NCBI GenBank assembly: GCA_964016885.1 | Contig: OZ024743.1 | Span: forward strand, 139,624,001 to 139,688,000 | Reading direction: 5' to 3' | From: Eledone cirrhosa | Lineage: Eukaryota | DNA length: 64,000 nt | Shown here: positions 30,331 through 44,100 of the stretch, piece after piece | Layout: every line of letters begins with the position of its first letter | How positions within the stretch are numbered: position 1 is the stretch's first letter | Notes under the pieces: generated by a model | Told to the model about the DNA's origin: nothing | The model's input: the letters and a program-made list of their open reading frames with translations, nothing else | Databases searched by the model: none | Program-made: the position numbers and the translations under genes

Positions 30331-33300
30331 AAACATCAAACACCAAACAGCAAACACCAAACACCAAACAGCAAACAGCAAACGCCAAACACCAAGCACC
30401 AAGCACCAAGCACCAAACAGCAAGCACCAAGCTCCAAGCACAAAACACCAAACACCAAGCACCAAGGACCAAACATCAAACACCAAGCACCAAGCACCAA
30501 ACACCAAACACCAAGCACCAAACACCAAGCACCAAACACCAAGCACCAAACACCAAGCACCAAACACCAAACACCAAGCACCAAGCACCAAGCACCAAAC
30601 ACCAAGCACCAAACACCAAGTCCCACGCACCAAGCAGCAAACACCAAGCACCAAGCCCCAAGCACCAAACACCAAGCACCAAGCACCAAGCCCCTAGCAC
30701 CAAACACCAAACACCAAGCACCAAGCACAAAACACCAAGCACCAATCACCAAGCACCAAACACCAAGCAGCAAGCAGCAAGCACCAAACACCAAACACCA
30801 AGCACCAAGCACCAAATACCAAACACCAAGCACCAAGGACCAAACATCAAACACCAAGCACCAAGCACCAAACGCCTAACACCAAGCACCAAGCACCAAG
30901 CACCAAGCACCAAGCACCAAACACCAAGTACCAATCACCAAACACCAAGCACCAAGCACCAAACACCAAGCACCAGGCACCAAGCACCAAACACCAAGCA
31001 CCAAGCACCAAACACCAAGCACCAAGACCGAAGCACCAAACACCAAGCACCAAGCACAAAGCACCAAGCACCAAGCACCAAAAACCAAACACCAAGCACC
31101 AAGTACCAAACACCAAGCACCAAGCACCAAACACCAAGCACCAAGCACCAATCACCAAACACCAAGAACCAAGCACCAAACACCAAGCACCAAGCACCAA
31201 GCACCAGGCACCAAGCACCAAGCACCAAACACAAAACACCAAGCACCAAGCACCAAGCAGCAAACACCAAGCATCAAACACCAAACACCAAACACCAAGC
31301 ACCAAACACCAAGCACCAAGCACCAAGCACCAAGCACCAAACACCAAACACCAAGCAACAAACACCAGATACCAAGCACCAAGCACCAAACACCAAACAC
31401 CAAGCACCAAGCACCAAACACCAAACACCAAGCACGCAGCATTAAACACCAAGCACCAAGCACCAAGCACCAAACACCAAGCACCAAGCACCAAACACCA
31501 ACCACCAAACACAAAGCACCAAGCATCAAACACCAAGCACCAAGCACCAAACACCAAGCACCAAGTACCAAACACCAAACCCCAAGCACCAAGCACCAAA
31601 CACTAATCACCAAGCACCAAGCACCAAACAACAAGCACCAAGCACCAAGCACCAGGCACCAAGCACCAAGCACCAAACACTAATCACCAAGCACCAAGCA
31701 CCAAACGCCACGCACCAAGCACCAAGCACCAAACACCAAGCACCAAGCACCAAACACCAAACACCAAGGTCCAAAGACCAAGCACCAAGCCCCAATCACC
31801 AAGCATCAAAAAATAAGCACCAAGCACCAAACACCAAGCACCAAGCACCAAACACCAACCACCCAGCACCAAGCACCAAGCACCAAACACCAAGCACCAA
31901 ACACCAAACACCAAACACCAAGCACCAAGCACCAAGCGCCAAGCACGAAACACCAAGCACCAAGCACTAAGCACCAAACACCAAGCCCCAAGCAGCAAGC
32001 ACCAAACACCAAACACCAAGCACCAAGCACCAAACACCAAGCACCAAGCACCAAGCACCTAGCACCAAACACCAAACACCAAGCACCAAGCACCAAACAC
32101 CAAGCACCAATCACCAAGCACCAAACACCAAGCAGCAAGCAGCAAGCACCAAACACCAAACACCAAGCACCAAGCACCAAACACCAAGCACCAAGGACCA
32201 AACATCAAACACCAAGCACCAAGCACCAAACACCTAACACCAAGCACCAAGCACCAAGCACCAAGCACCGAACACCAAGCACATAACACCAAGCACCAAA
32301 CACCAAGCACCAAGCACCAAACACCAAGCACCAAACACCAAGCACCAAGCACCAAGCACCAAACACCAAGCACCAGGCACCAAGCACCAAACACCAAGCA
32401 CCATGCACCAAGCACCAAGCCCCAAACACTTAACACCAAGCACCAAGCACCAAGCACCAAACACCAATCACCAAAAACCAAACACCAAGCACCAAGTACC
32501 AAACACCAAACACCAAGCACCAAACACCAAGCAGCAAGCACCAATCACCAAACACCAAGAACCAAGCACCAAACACCAAGCACCAAGCACCTAGCACCAG
32601 GCACCAAGCACCAAGCACCAAACACAAAACACCAAGCACCAAGCACCAAGCAGCAAACACCAAGCATCAAACACCAAACACCAAACACCAAGCACCAAGC
32701 ACCAAGCAGCAAACAGCAAGCATCAAACACCAAACACCAAACACCAAGCACCAAACTCCAAGCACCAAGCACCAAACACCAAACACCAAGCACCAAGCAC
32801 CAAACACCAAACACCAAGCACCAAACACCAAACACCAAGCACCAAGCACCAAACACCAAACAACAAGCACCAAGCACCAAGCAAAAAACACCAAACACCA
32901 AGCACGCAGCATCAAACACCAAGCACCAAGCACCAAGCACCAAACACCAAGCACCAAGCACCAAGCACTAAGTACCAAACACCAAACACCAAGCACCAAT
33001 CACCAAACACCAAGCACCAAACACCAAACACCAAGCACTAAGCACCAAACACCAAACAACAAGCACCAGGCACCAAGCACCAAACACCAAACACCCAGCA
33101 CGCATCACCAAACACCAAGCACCAAGCACCAAGCACCAAAAACCAAGCACCAAGCACCAAGCACCAAACACCAAACACCAAACACCAAGCACCAAGAACC
33201 AAACACCAAACACCAAACAGCAAGCACCAAGCACCAAACACCAAGCACCAAACACCAAACCCCAAGCACCAATCACCAAACACTAATCACCAAGCACCAA

Positions 33301-35100
33301 GCACCAAACACCAAGCACCAAACACCAAACACCAAACACCAAGCACCAAGCACCAAGCACCAAACACCAAGCACCAAGCACTAAGCACCAAACACCAAGC
33401 CCCAAGCACCAAGTACCAAACACCAAACACCAAGCACCAAGCACCAAACACCAAGCACCAAGAACCAAACACCTAGCACCAAACACCAAACACCAAGCAC
33501 CAAGCACCAAACACCAAGCACCAATCACCAAGCACCAAACACCAAGCAGCAAGCAGCAAGCACCAAACACCAAACACCAAGCACCAAGCACCAAACACCA
33601 AGCACCAAGGACCAAACATCAAACACCAAGCACCAAGCACCAAACACCTAACACCAAGCACCAAGCACCAAGCACCAAGCACCGAACACCAAGCACATAA
33701 CACCAAGCACCAAGCACCAAACACCAAGCACCAAACACCAAGCACCAAGCACCAAGCACCAAACACCAAGCACTAGGCACCAAGCACCAAACACCAAGCA
33801 CCATGCACCAAGCACCAAGCCCCAAACACTTAACACCAAGCACCAAGCACCAAGCACCAAACACCAATCACCAAACACCAAACTCCAAGCACCAAGCACC
33901 AAACACCAAACAACAAGCACCAGGCACCAAGCACCAAACACCAAACACCAAGCACCAAGCACCAAACACCAAACACCAAGCACGCAGCATCAAACTCCAA
34001 GCACCAAGCACCAAGCACCAAACACCAAGCACCAAGCACCAAACACCAACCACCAAACACAAAGCACCAAGCACCAAACACCAAGCACCAAGCACCAAAC
34101 ACCAAGCACCAAGCACCAAACACCAAACCCCCAAGCACCAAGCACCAAACACTAATCACCAAGCACCAAGCACCAAGCACCAAACACCAATCACCAAGCA
34201 CCAAGCACCAAACACCAAGCACCAAGCAGCAAACACCAAACACCAAGATCCAAAGACCAAGCACCAAGCCCCAAGCACCAAGCACCAACAAATAAGCACC
34301 AAGCACCAAACACCAAGCACCAAGCACCAAACACCAACCACCCAGCACCAAGCACCAAGCACCAAACACCAAGCACCAAACATCAAACACCAAGCACCAA
34401 GCACCAAGCGCCAAGCACCAAACACCAAGCACCAAGCACTAAGCACCAAACACCAAGCCCCAAGCAGCAAGCACCAAACACCAAACACCAAGCACCAGGC
34501 ACCAAACACCAAGCACCAAGCACCAAGCACCTAGCACCAAACACCAAACACCAAGCACCAAGCACCAAACACCAAGCACCAATCACCAAGCACCAAACAC
34601 CAAGCAGCAAGCAGCAAGCACCAAACACCAAACACCAAGCACCAAGCACCAAACACCAAGCACCAAGGACCAAACATCAAACACCAAGCACCAAGCACCA
34701 AACACCTAACACCAAGCACCAAGCACCAAGCACCAAGCACCGAACACCAAGCACCAAACACCAAGCACCAAACACCAAGCACCAAGCACCAAACACCAAG
34801 CACCAAACACCAAGCACCAAGCACCAAGTACCAAACACCAAGCACCAAGCACCAAGCACCAAACAATAAGAACCAAGCACCAAGCACCAAACACCAAGCA
34901 CCAAGCACCAAACACCAACCACCCAGCACCAAGCACCAAGCACCAAACACCAAGCACCAAACACCAAACACCAAACACCAAGCACCAAGCACCAAGCACC
35001 AAACACCAAGCACCAAGCACTAAGCACCAAACACCAAGCCCCAAGCACCAAGTACCAAACACCAAACACCAAGCACCAAGCACCAAACACCAAGCACCAA
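20450..35100 (+). repeat. ~6.6-kb higher-order period (~2.2 copies)
   Basis: Matching ORFs: 20565/27222 (6657), 21937/28538 (6601), 23522/30088 and 24281/30847 (6566), 26450/33038 (6588), 27222/33803 (6581), 28103/34677 (6574). The private marker GTCCAAA occurs at ~25203 and ~31769. Confidence 0.88.
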
Positions 35101-38100
35101 GCACCTAGCATCTAGCACCAAACACCAAACACCAAGCACCAAGCACCAAACACCAAGCACCAATCACCAAGCACCAAACACCAAGCAGCAAGCAGCAAGC
35201 ACCAAACACCAAACACCAAGCACCAAGCACTAAACAGCAAGCACCAAACACCAAACACCAAACAGCAAACACCAAACAGCAAACACCAAACACCAAACAG
35301 CAAACAGCAAACGCCAAATACCAAGCACCAAGCACCAAGCACCAAACACCAAGCACCAAGGACCAAACATCAAACACCAAGCACCAAGCACCAAACACCA
35401 AACACCAAGCACCAAACACCAAGCACCAAACACCAAGCACCAAACACCAAGCACCAAACACCAAACACCAAGCACCAAGCACCAAGCACCAAACACCAAG
35501 CACCAAACACCAAGTCCCACGAACCAAGCAGCAAACACCAAGCACCAAGCCCCAAGCACCAAACACCAAGCACCAAGCACCAAGCCCCTAGCACCAAACA
35601 CCAAACACCAAGCACCAAGCACAAAACACCAAGCACCAATCACCAAGCACCAAACACCAAGCAGCAAGCAGCAAGCACCAAACACCAAACACCAAGCACC
35701 AAGCACCAAATACCAAACACCAAGCACCAAGGACCAAACATCAAACACCAAGCACCAAGCACCAAACGCCTAACACCAAGCACCAAGCACCAAGCACCAA
35801 GCACCAAGCACCAAACACCAAGTACCAATCACCAAACACCAAGCACCAAGCACCAAACACCAAGCACCAGGCACCAAGCACCAAACACCAAGCACCAAGC
35901 ACCAAACACCAAGCACCAAGACCGAAGCACCAAACACCAAGCACCAAGCACAAAACACCAAGCACCAAGCACCAAAAACCAAACACCAAGCACCAAGTAC
36001 CAAACACCAAGCACCAAGCACCAAACACCAAGCACCAAGCACCAATCACCAAACACCAAGAACCAAGCACCAAACACCAAGCACCAAGCACCAAGCACCA
36101 GGCACCAAGCACCAAGCACCAAACACAAAACACCAAGCACCAAGCACCAAGCAGCAAACACCAAGCATCAAACACCAAACACCAAACACCAAGCACCAAA
36201 CACCAAGCACCAAGCACCAAACACCAAACACCAAGCACCAAGCACCAAGCACCAAACACCAAACACCAAGCAACAAACACCAGATACCAAGCACCAAGCA
36301 CCAAACACCAAACACCAAGCACCAAGCACCAAACACCAAACACCAAGCACGCAGCATTAAACACCAAGCACCAAGCACCAAGCACCAAACACCAAGCACC
36401 AAGCACCAAACACCAACCACCAAACACAAAGCACCAAGCATCAAACACCAAGCACCAAGCACCAAACACCAAGCACCAAGTACCAAACACCAAACCCCAA
36501 GCACCAAGCACCAAACACTAATCACCAAGCACCAAGCACCAAACAACAAGCACCAAGCACCAAGCACCAGGCACCAAGCACCAAGCACCAAACACTAATC
36601 ACCAAGCACCAAGCACCAAACACCACGCACCAAGCACCAAGCACCAAACACCAAGCACCAAGCACCAAACACCAAACACCAAGATCCAAAGACCAAGCAC
36701 CAAGCCCCAATCACCAAGCATCAAAAAATAAGCACCAAGCACCAAACACCAAGCACCAAGCACCAAACACCAACCACCCAGCACCAAGCACCAAGCACCA
36801 AACACCAAGCACCAAACACCAAACACCAAGCACCAAGCACCAAGCGCCAAGCACCAAAACACCAAGCACCAAGCACTAAGCACCAAACACCAAGCCCCAA
36901 GCAGCAAGCACCAAACACCAAACACCAAGCACCAAGCACCAAACACCAAGCAGCAAGCACCAAGCACCTAGCACCAAACACCAAACACCAAGCACCAAGC
37001 ACCAAACACCAAGCACCAATCACCAAGCACCAAACACCAAGCAGCAAGCAGCAAGCACCAAACACCAAACACCAAGCACCAAGCACCAAACACCAAGCAC
37101 CAAGGACCAAACATCAAACACCAAGCACCAAGCACCAAACACCTAACACCAAGCACCAAGCACAAGCAACAAGCACCGAACACCAAGCACATAACACCAA
37201 GCACCAAACACCAAGCACCAAGCACCAAACACCAAGCACCAAACACCAAGCACCAAGCACCAAGCACCAAACACCAAGCACCAGGCACCAAGCACCAAAC
37301 ACCAAGCACCATGCACCAAGCACCAAGCCCCAAACACTTAACACCAAGCACCAAGCACCAAGCACCAAGCACCAAACACCAATCACCAAAAACCAAACAC
37401 CAAGCACCAAGTACCAAACACCAAGCACCAAGCACCAAACACCAAGCAGCAAGCACCAATCACCAAACACCAAGAACCAAGCACCAAACACCAAGCACCA
37501 AGCACCAAGCACCAGGCACCAAGCACCAAGCACCAAACACAAAACACCAAGCACCAAGCACCAAGCAGCAAACACCAAGCATCAAACACCAAACACCAAA
37601 CACCAAGCACCAAGCACCAAGCAGCAAACAGCAAGCATCAAACACCAAACACCAAACACCAAGCACCAAACTCCAAGCACCAAGCACCAAACACCAAACA
37701 CCAAGCACCAAGCACCAAACACCAAACACCAAGCACCAAACACCAAACACCAAGCACCAAGCACCAAACACCAAACAACAAGCACCAAGCACCAAGCAAA
37801 AAACACCAAACACCAAGCACGCAGCATCAAACACCAAGCACCAAGCACCAAGCACCAAACACCAAGCACCAAGCACCAAGCACTAAGTACCAAACACCAA
37901 ACACCAAGCACCAATCACCAAACACCAAGCACCAAACACCAAACACCAAGCACTAAGCACCAAACACCAAACAACAAGCACCAGGCACCAAGCACCAAAC
38001 ACCAAACACCAAGCACGCATCACCAAACACCAAGCACCAAGCACCAAGCACCGAACACCAAGCACCAAACACCAAGCACCAAACACCAAGCACCAAGCAC

Positions 38101-41100
38101 CAAACACCAAGCACCAAACACCAAGCACCAAGCACCAAGCACCAAACACCAAGCACCAGGCACCAAGCACCAAAAACCAAGAACCATGCACCAAGCACCA
38201 AGCCCCAAACACTTAACACCAAACACCAAGCACCAAGCACCAAACACCAAGCACCAAACACCAAGCACCAAGCACCAAGCACCAAACACCAAGCACCAGG
38301 CACCAAGCACCAAACACCAAGCACCAAGCACCAAGCACCAAGCACCAAGCACCAAACACCAAGCACCAAACACCAAGCACCAAGCACCAAGCACCAAACA
38401 CCAAGCACCAGGCACCAAGCACCAAACACCAAGCACCATGCACCAAGCACCAAGCCCCAAACACTTAACACCAAGCACCAAGCACCAAACACCAAGCACC
38501 AAACACCAAACACCAAGCACCAAAAACCAAACACCAAGCACCAACTACTAAACACCAAGCACCAAGCACCAAACACCAAGCACCAAGCACCAAACACCAA
38601 ACACCAAGAACCAAGCACCAAACACCAAGCACCAAGGACCAAGCACCAGGCACCAAGCACCAAGCACCAAACACAAAACACCAAGCACCAAGCACCAAGC
38701 AGCAAACACCAAGCATCAAACACCAAACACCAAACATCAAGCACCAAACACCAAGCACCAAGCACCAAACACCAAACACCAAGCACCAAGCACCAAACAA
38801 CAAGCACCAGGCACCAAACACCAAACACCAAACACCAAGCACGCAGCATCAAACACCAAGCACCAAGCACCAAGCACCAAACACCAAGCACCAAGCACCA
38901 AGCACCAAGCACCAAACACCAAACACCAAGCACCAAACACCAGCCACCATGCACCAAGCACCAAGCACCAAACACCAAACACCAAGCACTAAGCACCAAA
39001 CACCAAACAACAAGCACCAAGCACCAAACACCAAACACCAAGCACGCATCACCAAGCACCAAGCACCAAGCACCAAACACCAAGCACCAAGCACCAAGCA
39101 CCAAACACCAAACACCAAACACCAAGCACCAAGAACCAAACACCAAACACCAAACAGCAAGCACCAAGCACCAAACACCAAGCACCAAACACCAAACCCC
39201 AAGCACCAATCACAAAACACTAATCACCAAGCACCAAGCAACAAACACCGAGCACCAAGCATCAAGCACCAAACCCCAAGCACCAAAGACCAAGCACCAA
39301 GCACCAAGGACCAAACACCAAGCAGCAAGCAGCAAGCACCAAACACCAAACACCAAGCACCAAGCACCAAACACCAAGCACCAAGGACCAAACATCAAAC
39401 ACCAAGCACCAAGCACCAAACACCTAACACCAAGCACCAAGCACCAAGCACCAAGCACCGAACACCAAGCACATAACACCAAGCACCAAACACCAAGCAC
39501 AAAGCACCAAACACCAAGCACCAAACACCAAGCACCAAGCACCAAGCACCAAACACCAAGCACCATGCACCAAGCACCAAGCCCCAAACACTTAACACCA
39601 AGCACCAAGCACCAAGCACCAAACACCAATCACCAAAAACCAAACACCAAGCACCAAGTACCAAACACCAAGCACCAAGCACCAAACACCAAGCACCAAG
39701 CACCAATCACCAAACACCAAGAACCAAGCACCAAACACAAAGCACCAAGCACCAAGCACCAGGCACCAAGCACCAAGCACCAAACACAAAACACCAAGCA
39801 CCAAGCACCAAGCAGCAAACACCAAGCATCAAACACCAAACACCAAACACCAAGCACCAAGCACCAAGCAGCAAACAGCAAGCATCAAACACCAAACACC
39901 AAACACCAAGCACCAAACACCACGCACCAAGGACCAAACACCAAACACCAAGCACCAAACACCAAGCACCAAACACCAAGCTCCAAACACCAAGCACCAA
40001 ACACCAAACACCAAGCACCAAGCACCAAGCACCAAACACCAACTACCAAACACCAAGCACCAAACACCAAGTCCCACGCACCAAGCAGCAAACACCAAGC
40101 ACCAAGCCCCAAGCACCAATCACCAAGCACCAAACACCAAGCAGCAAGCAGCAAGCACCAAACACCAAACACCAAGCACCAAGCACCAAATACCAAACAC
40201 CAAGCACCAAGGACCAAACATCAAACACCAAGCACCAAGCACCAAACGCCTAACACCAAGCACCAAGCACCAAGCACCAAGCACCAAACACCAAGCACCA
40301 AACACCAAACACCAAACACCAAGCACCAAGCACCAAGCGCCAAGCACCAAACACCAAGCACCAAGCACTAAGCACCAAACACCAAGCCCCAAGCAGCAAG
40401 CACCAAACACCAAACACCAAGCACCAAGCACCAAACACCAAGCACCAAGCACCAAGCACCTAGCACCAAACACCAAACACCAAGCACCAAGCACCAAACA
40501 CCAAGCACCAATCACCAAGCACCAAACACCAAGCAGCAAGCAGTAAGCACCAAACACCAAACACCAAGCACCAAGCCCCAAACACCAAGCACCAAGGACC
40601 AAACATCAAACACCAAGCACCAAGCACCAAACACCTAACACCAAGCACCAAGCACCAAGCACCAAGCACCGAACACCAAGCACCAAACACCAAGCACCAA
40701 ACACCAAGCACCAAGCACCAAACACCAAGCACCAAACACCAAGCACCAAGCACCAAGCACCAAACACCAAGCACCAGGCACCAAGCACCAAACACCAAGA
40801 ACCATGCACCAAGCACCAAGCCCCAAACACTTAACACCAAACACCAAGCACCAAGCACCAAACACCAAGCACCAAACACCAAGCACCAAGCACCAAGCAC
40901 CAAACACCAAGCACCAGGCACCAAGCACCAAACACCAAGCACCAAGCACCAAGCACCAAGCACCAAGCACCAAACACCAAGCACCAAACACCAAGCACCA
41001 AGCACCAAGCACCAAACACCAAGCACCAGGCACCAAGCACCAAACACCAAGCACCATGCACCAAGCACCAAGCCCCAAACACTTAACACCAAGCACCAAG

Positions 41101-44100
41101 CACCAAACACCAAGCACCAAACACCAAACACCAAGCACCAAAAACCAAACACCAATCACCAAAAACCAAACACCAAGCACCAAGTACCAAACACCAAACA
41201 CCAAGCACCAAACACCAAGCAGCAAGCACCAATCACCAAACACCAAGAACCAAGCACCAAACACCAAGCACCAAGCACCTAGCACCAGGCACCAAGCACC
41301 AAGCACCAAACACAAAACACCAAGCACCAAGCACCAAGCAGCAAACACCAAGCATCAAACACCAAACACCAAACACCAAGCACCAAGCACCAAGCAGCAA
41401 ACAGCAAGCATCAAACACCAAACACCAAACACCAAGCACCAAACTCCAAGCACCAAGCACCAAACACCAAACACCAAGCACCAAGCACCAAACACCAAAC
41501 ACCAAGCACCAAACACCAAACACCAAGCACCAAGCACCAAACACCAAACAACAAGCACCAAGCACCAAGCAAAAAACACCAAACACCAAGCACGCAGCAT
41601 CAAACACCAAGCACCAAGCACCAAGCACCAAACACCAAGCACCAAGCACCAAGCACTAAGTACCAAACACCAAACACCAAGCACCAATCACCAAACACCA
41701 AGCACCAAACACCAAACACCAAGCACTAAGCACCAAACACCAAACAACAAGCACCAGGCACCAAGCACCAAACACCAAACACCCAGCACGCATCACCAAA
41801 CACCAAGCACCAAGCACCAAGCACCAAAAACCAAGCACCAAGCACCAAGCACCAAACACCAAACACCAAACACCAAGCACCAAGAACCAAACACCAAACA
41901 CCAAACAGCAAGCACCAAGCACCAAACACCAAGCACCAAACACCAAACCCCAAGCACCAATCACCAAACACTAATCACCAAGCACCAAGCACCAAACACC
42001 AAGCACCAAACACCAAACACCAAACACCAAGCACCAAGCACCAAGCACCAAACACCAAGCACCAAGCACTAAGCACCAAACACCAAGCCCCAAGCACCAA
42101 GTACCAAACACCAAACACCAAGCACCAAGCACCAAACACCAAGCACCAAGAACCAAACACCTAGCACCAAACACCAAACACCAAGCACCAAGCACCAAAC
42201 ACCAAGCACCAATCACCAAGCACCAAACACCAAGCAGCAAGCAGCAAGCACCAAACACCAAACACCAAGCACCAAGCACCAAACACCAAGCACCAAGGAC
42301 CAAACATCAAACACCAAGCACCAAGCACCAAACACCTAACACCAAGCACCAAGCACCAAGCACCAAGCACCGAACACCAAGCACATAACACCAAGCACCA
42401 AGCACCAAACACCAAGCACCAAACACCAAGCACCAAGCACCAAGCACCAAACACCAAGCACTAGGCACCAAGCACCAAACACCAAGCACCATGCACCAAG
42501 CACCAAGCCCCAAACACTTAACACCAAGCACCAAGCACCAAGCACCAAACACCAATCACCAAACACCAAACTCCAAGCACCAAGCACCAAACACCAAACA
42601 ACAAGCACCAGGCACCAAGCACCAAACACCAAACACCAAGCACCAAGCACCAAACACCAAACACCAAGCACGCAGCATCAAACTCCAAGCACCAAGCACC
42701 AAGCACCAAACACCAAGCACCAAGCACCAAACACCAACCACCAAACACAAAGCACCAAGCACCAAACACCAAGCACCAAGCACCAAACACCAAGCACCAA
42801 GCACCAAACACCAAACCCCCAAGCACCAAGCACCAAACACTAATCACCAAGCACCAAGCACCAAGCACCAAACACCAATCACCAAGCACCAAGCACCAAA
42901 CACCAAGCACCAAGCAGCAAACACCAAACACCAAGATCCAAAGACCAAGCACCAAGCCCCAAGCACCAAGCACCAACAAATAAGCACCAAGCACCAAACA
43001 CCAAGCACCAAGCACCAAACACCAACCACCCAGCACCAAGCACCAAGCACCAAACACCAAGCACCAAACATCAAACACCAAGCACCAAGCACCAAGCGCC
43101 AAGCACCAAACACCAAGCACCAAGCACTAAGCACCAAACACCAAGCCCCAAGCAGCAAGCACCAAACACCAAACACCAAGCACCAGGCACCAAACACCAA
43201 GCACCAAGCACCAAGCACCTAGCACCAAACACCAAACACCAAGCACCAAGCACCAAACACCAAGCACCAATCACCAAGCACCAAACACCAAGCAGCAAGC
43301 AGCAAGCACCAAACACCAAACACCAAGCACCAAGCACCAAACACCAAGCACCAAGGACCAAACATCAAACACCAAGCACCAAGCACCAAACACCTAACAC
43401 CAAGCACCAAGCACCAAGCACCAAGCACCGAACACCAAGCACCAAACACCAAGCACCAAACACCAAGCACCAAGCACCAAACACCAAGCACCAAACACCA
43501 AGCACCAAGCACCAAGTACCAAACACCAAGCACCAAGCACCAAGCACCAAACAATAAGAACCAAGCACCAAGCACCAAACACCAAGCACCAAGCACCAAA
43601 CACCAACCACCCAGCACCAAGCACCAAGCACCAAACACCAAGCACCAAACACCAAACACCAAACACCAAGCACCAAGCACCAAGCACCAAACACCAAGCA
43701 CCAAGCACTAAGCACCAAACACCAAGCCCCAAGCACCAAGTACCAAACACCAAACACCAAGCACCAAGCACCAAACACCAAGCACCAAGCACCTAGCATC
43801 TAGCACCAAACACCAAACACCAAGCACCAAGCACCAAACACCAAGCACCAATCACCAAGCACCAAACACCAAGCAGCAAGCAGCAAGCACCAAACACCAA
43901 ACACCAAGCACCAAGCACTAAACAGCAAGCACCAAACACCAAACACCAAACAGCAAACACCAAACAGCAAACACCAAACACCAAACAGCAAACAGCAAAC
44001 GCCAAATACCAAGCACCAAGCACCAAGCACCAAACACCAAGCACCAAGGACCAAACATCAAACACCAAGCACCAAGCACCAAACACCAAACACCAAGCAC

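Larger units (their letters stand above)
5702..42823 (+). other. Phase-shifting 8-bp unit CCCCCAAG (+1), nine copies
   Basis: Seen at 5702, 8804, 12725, 14028, 17109, 20890, 27547, 34128 and 42816, always followed by CACCAAG-CACCAAA-CACTAAT. The 7-bp form CCCCAAG occurs in the same context at 291. Confidence 0.9.
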
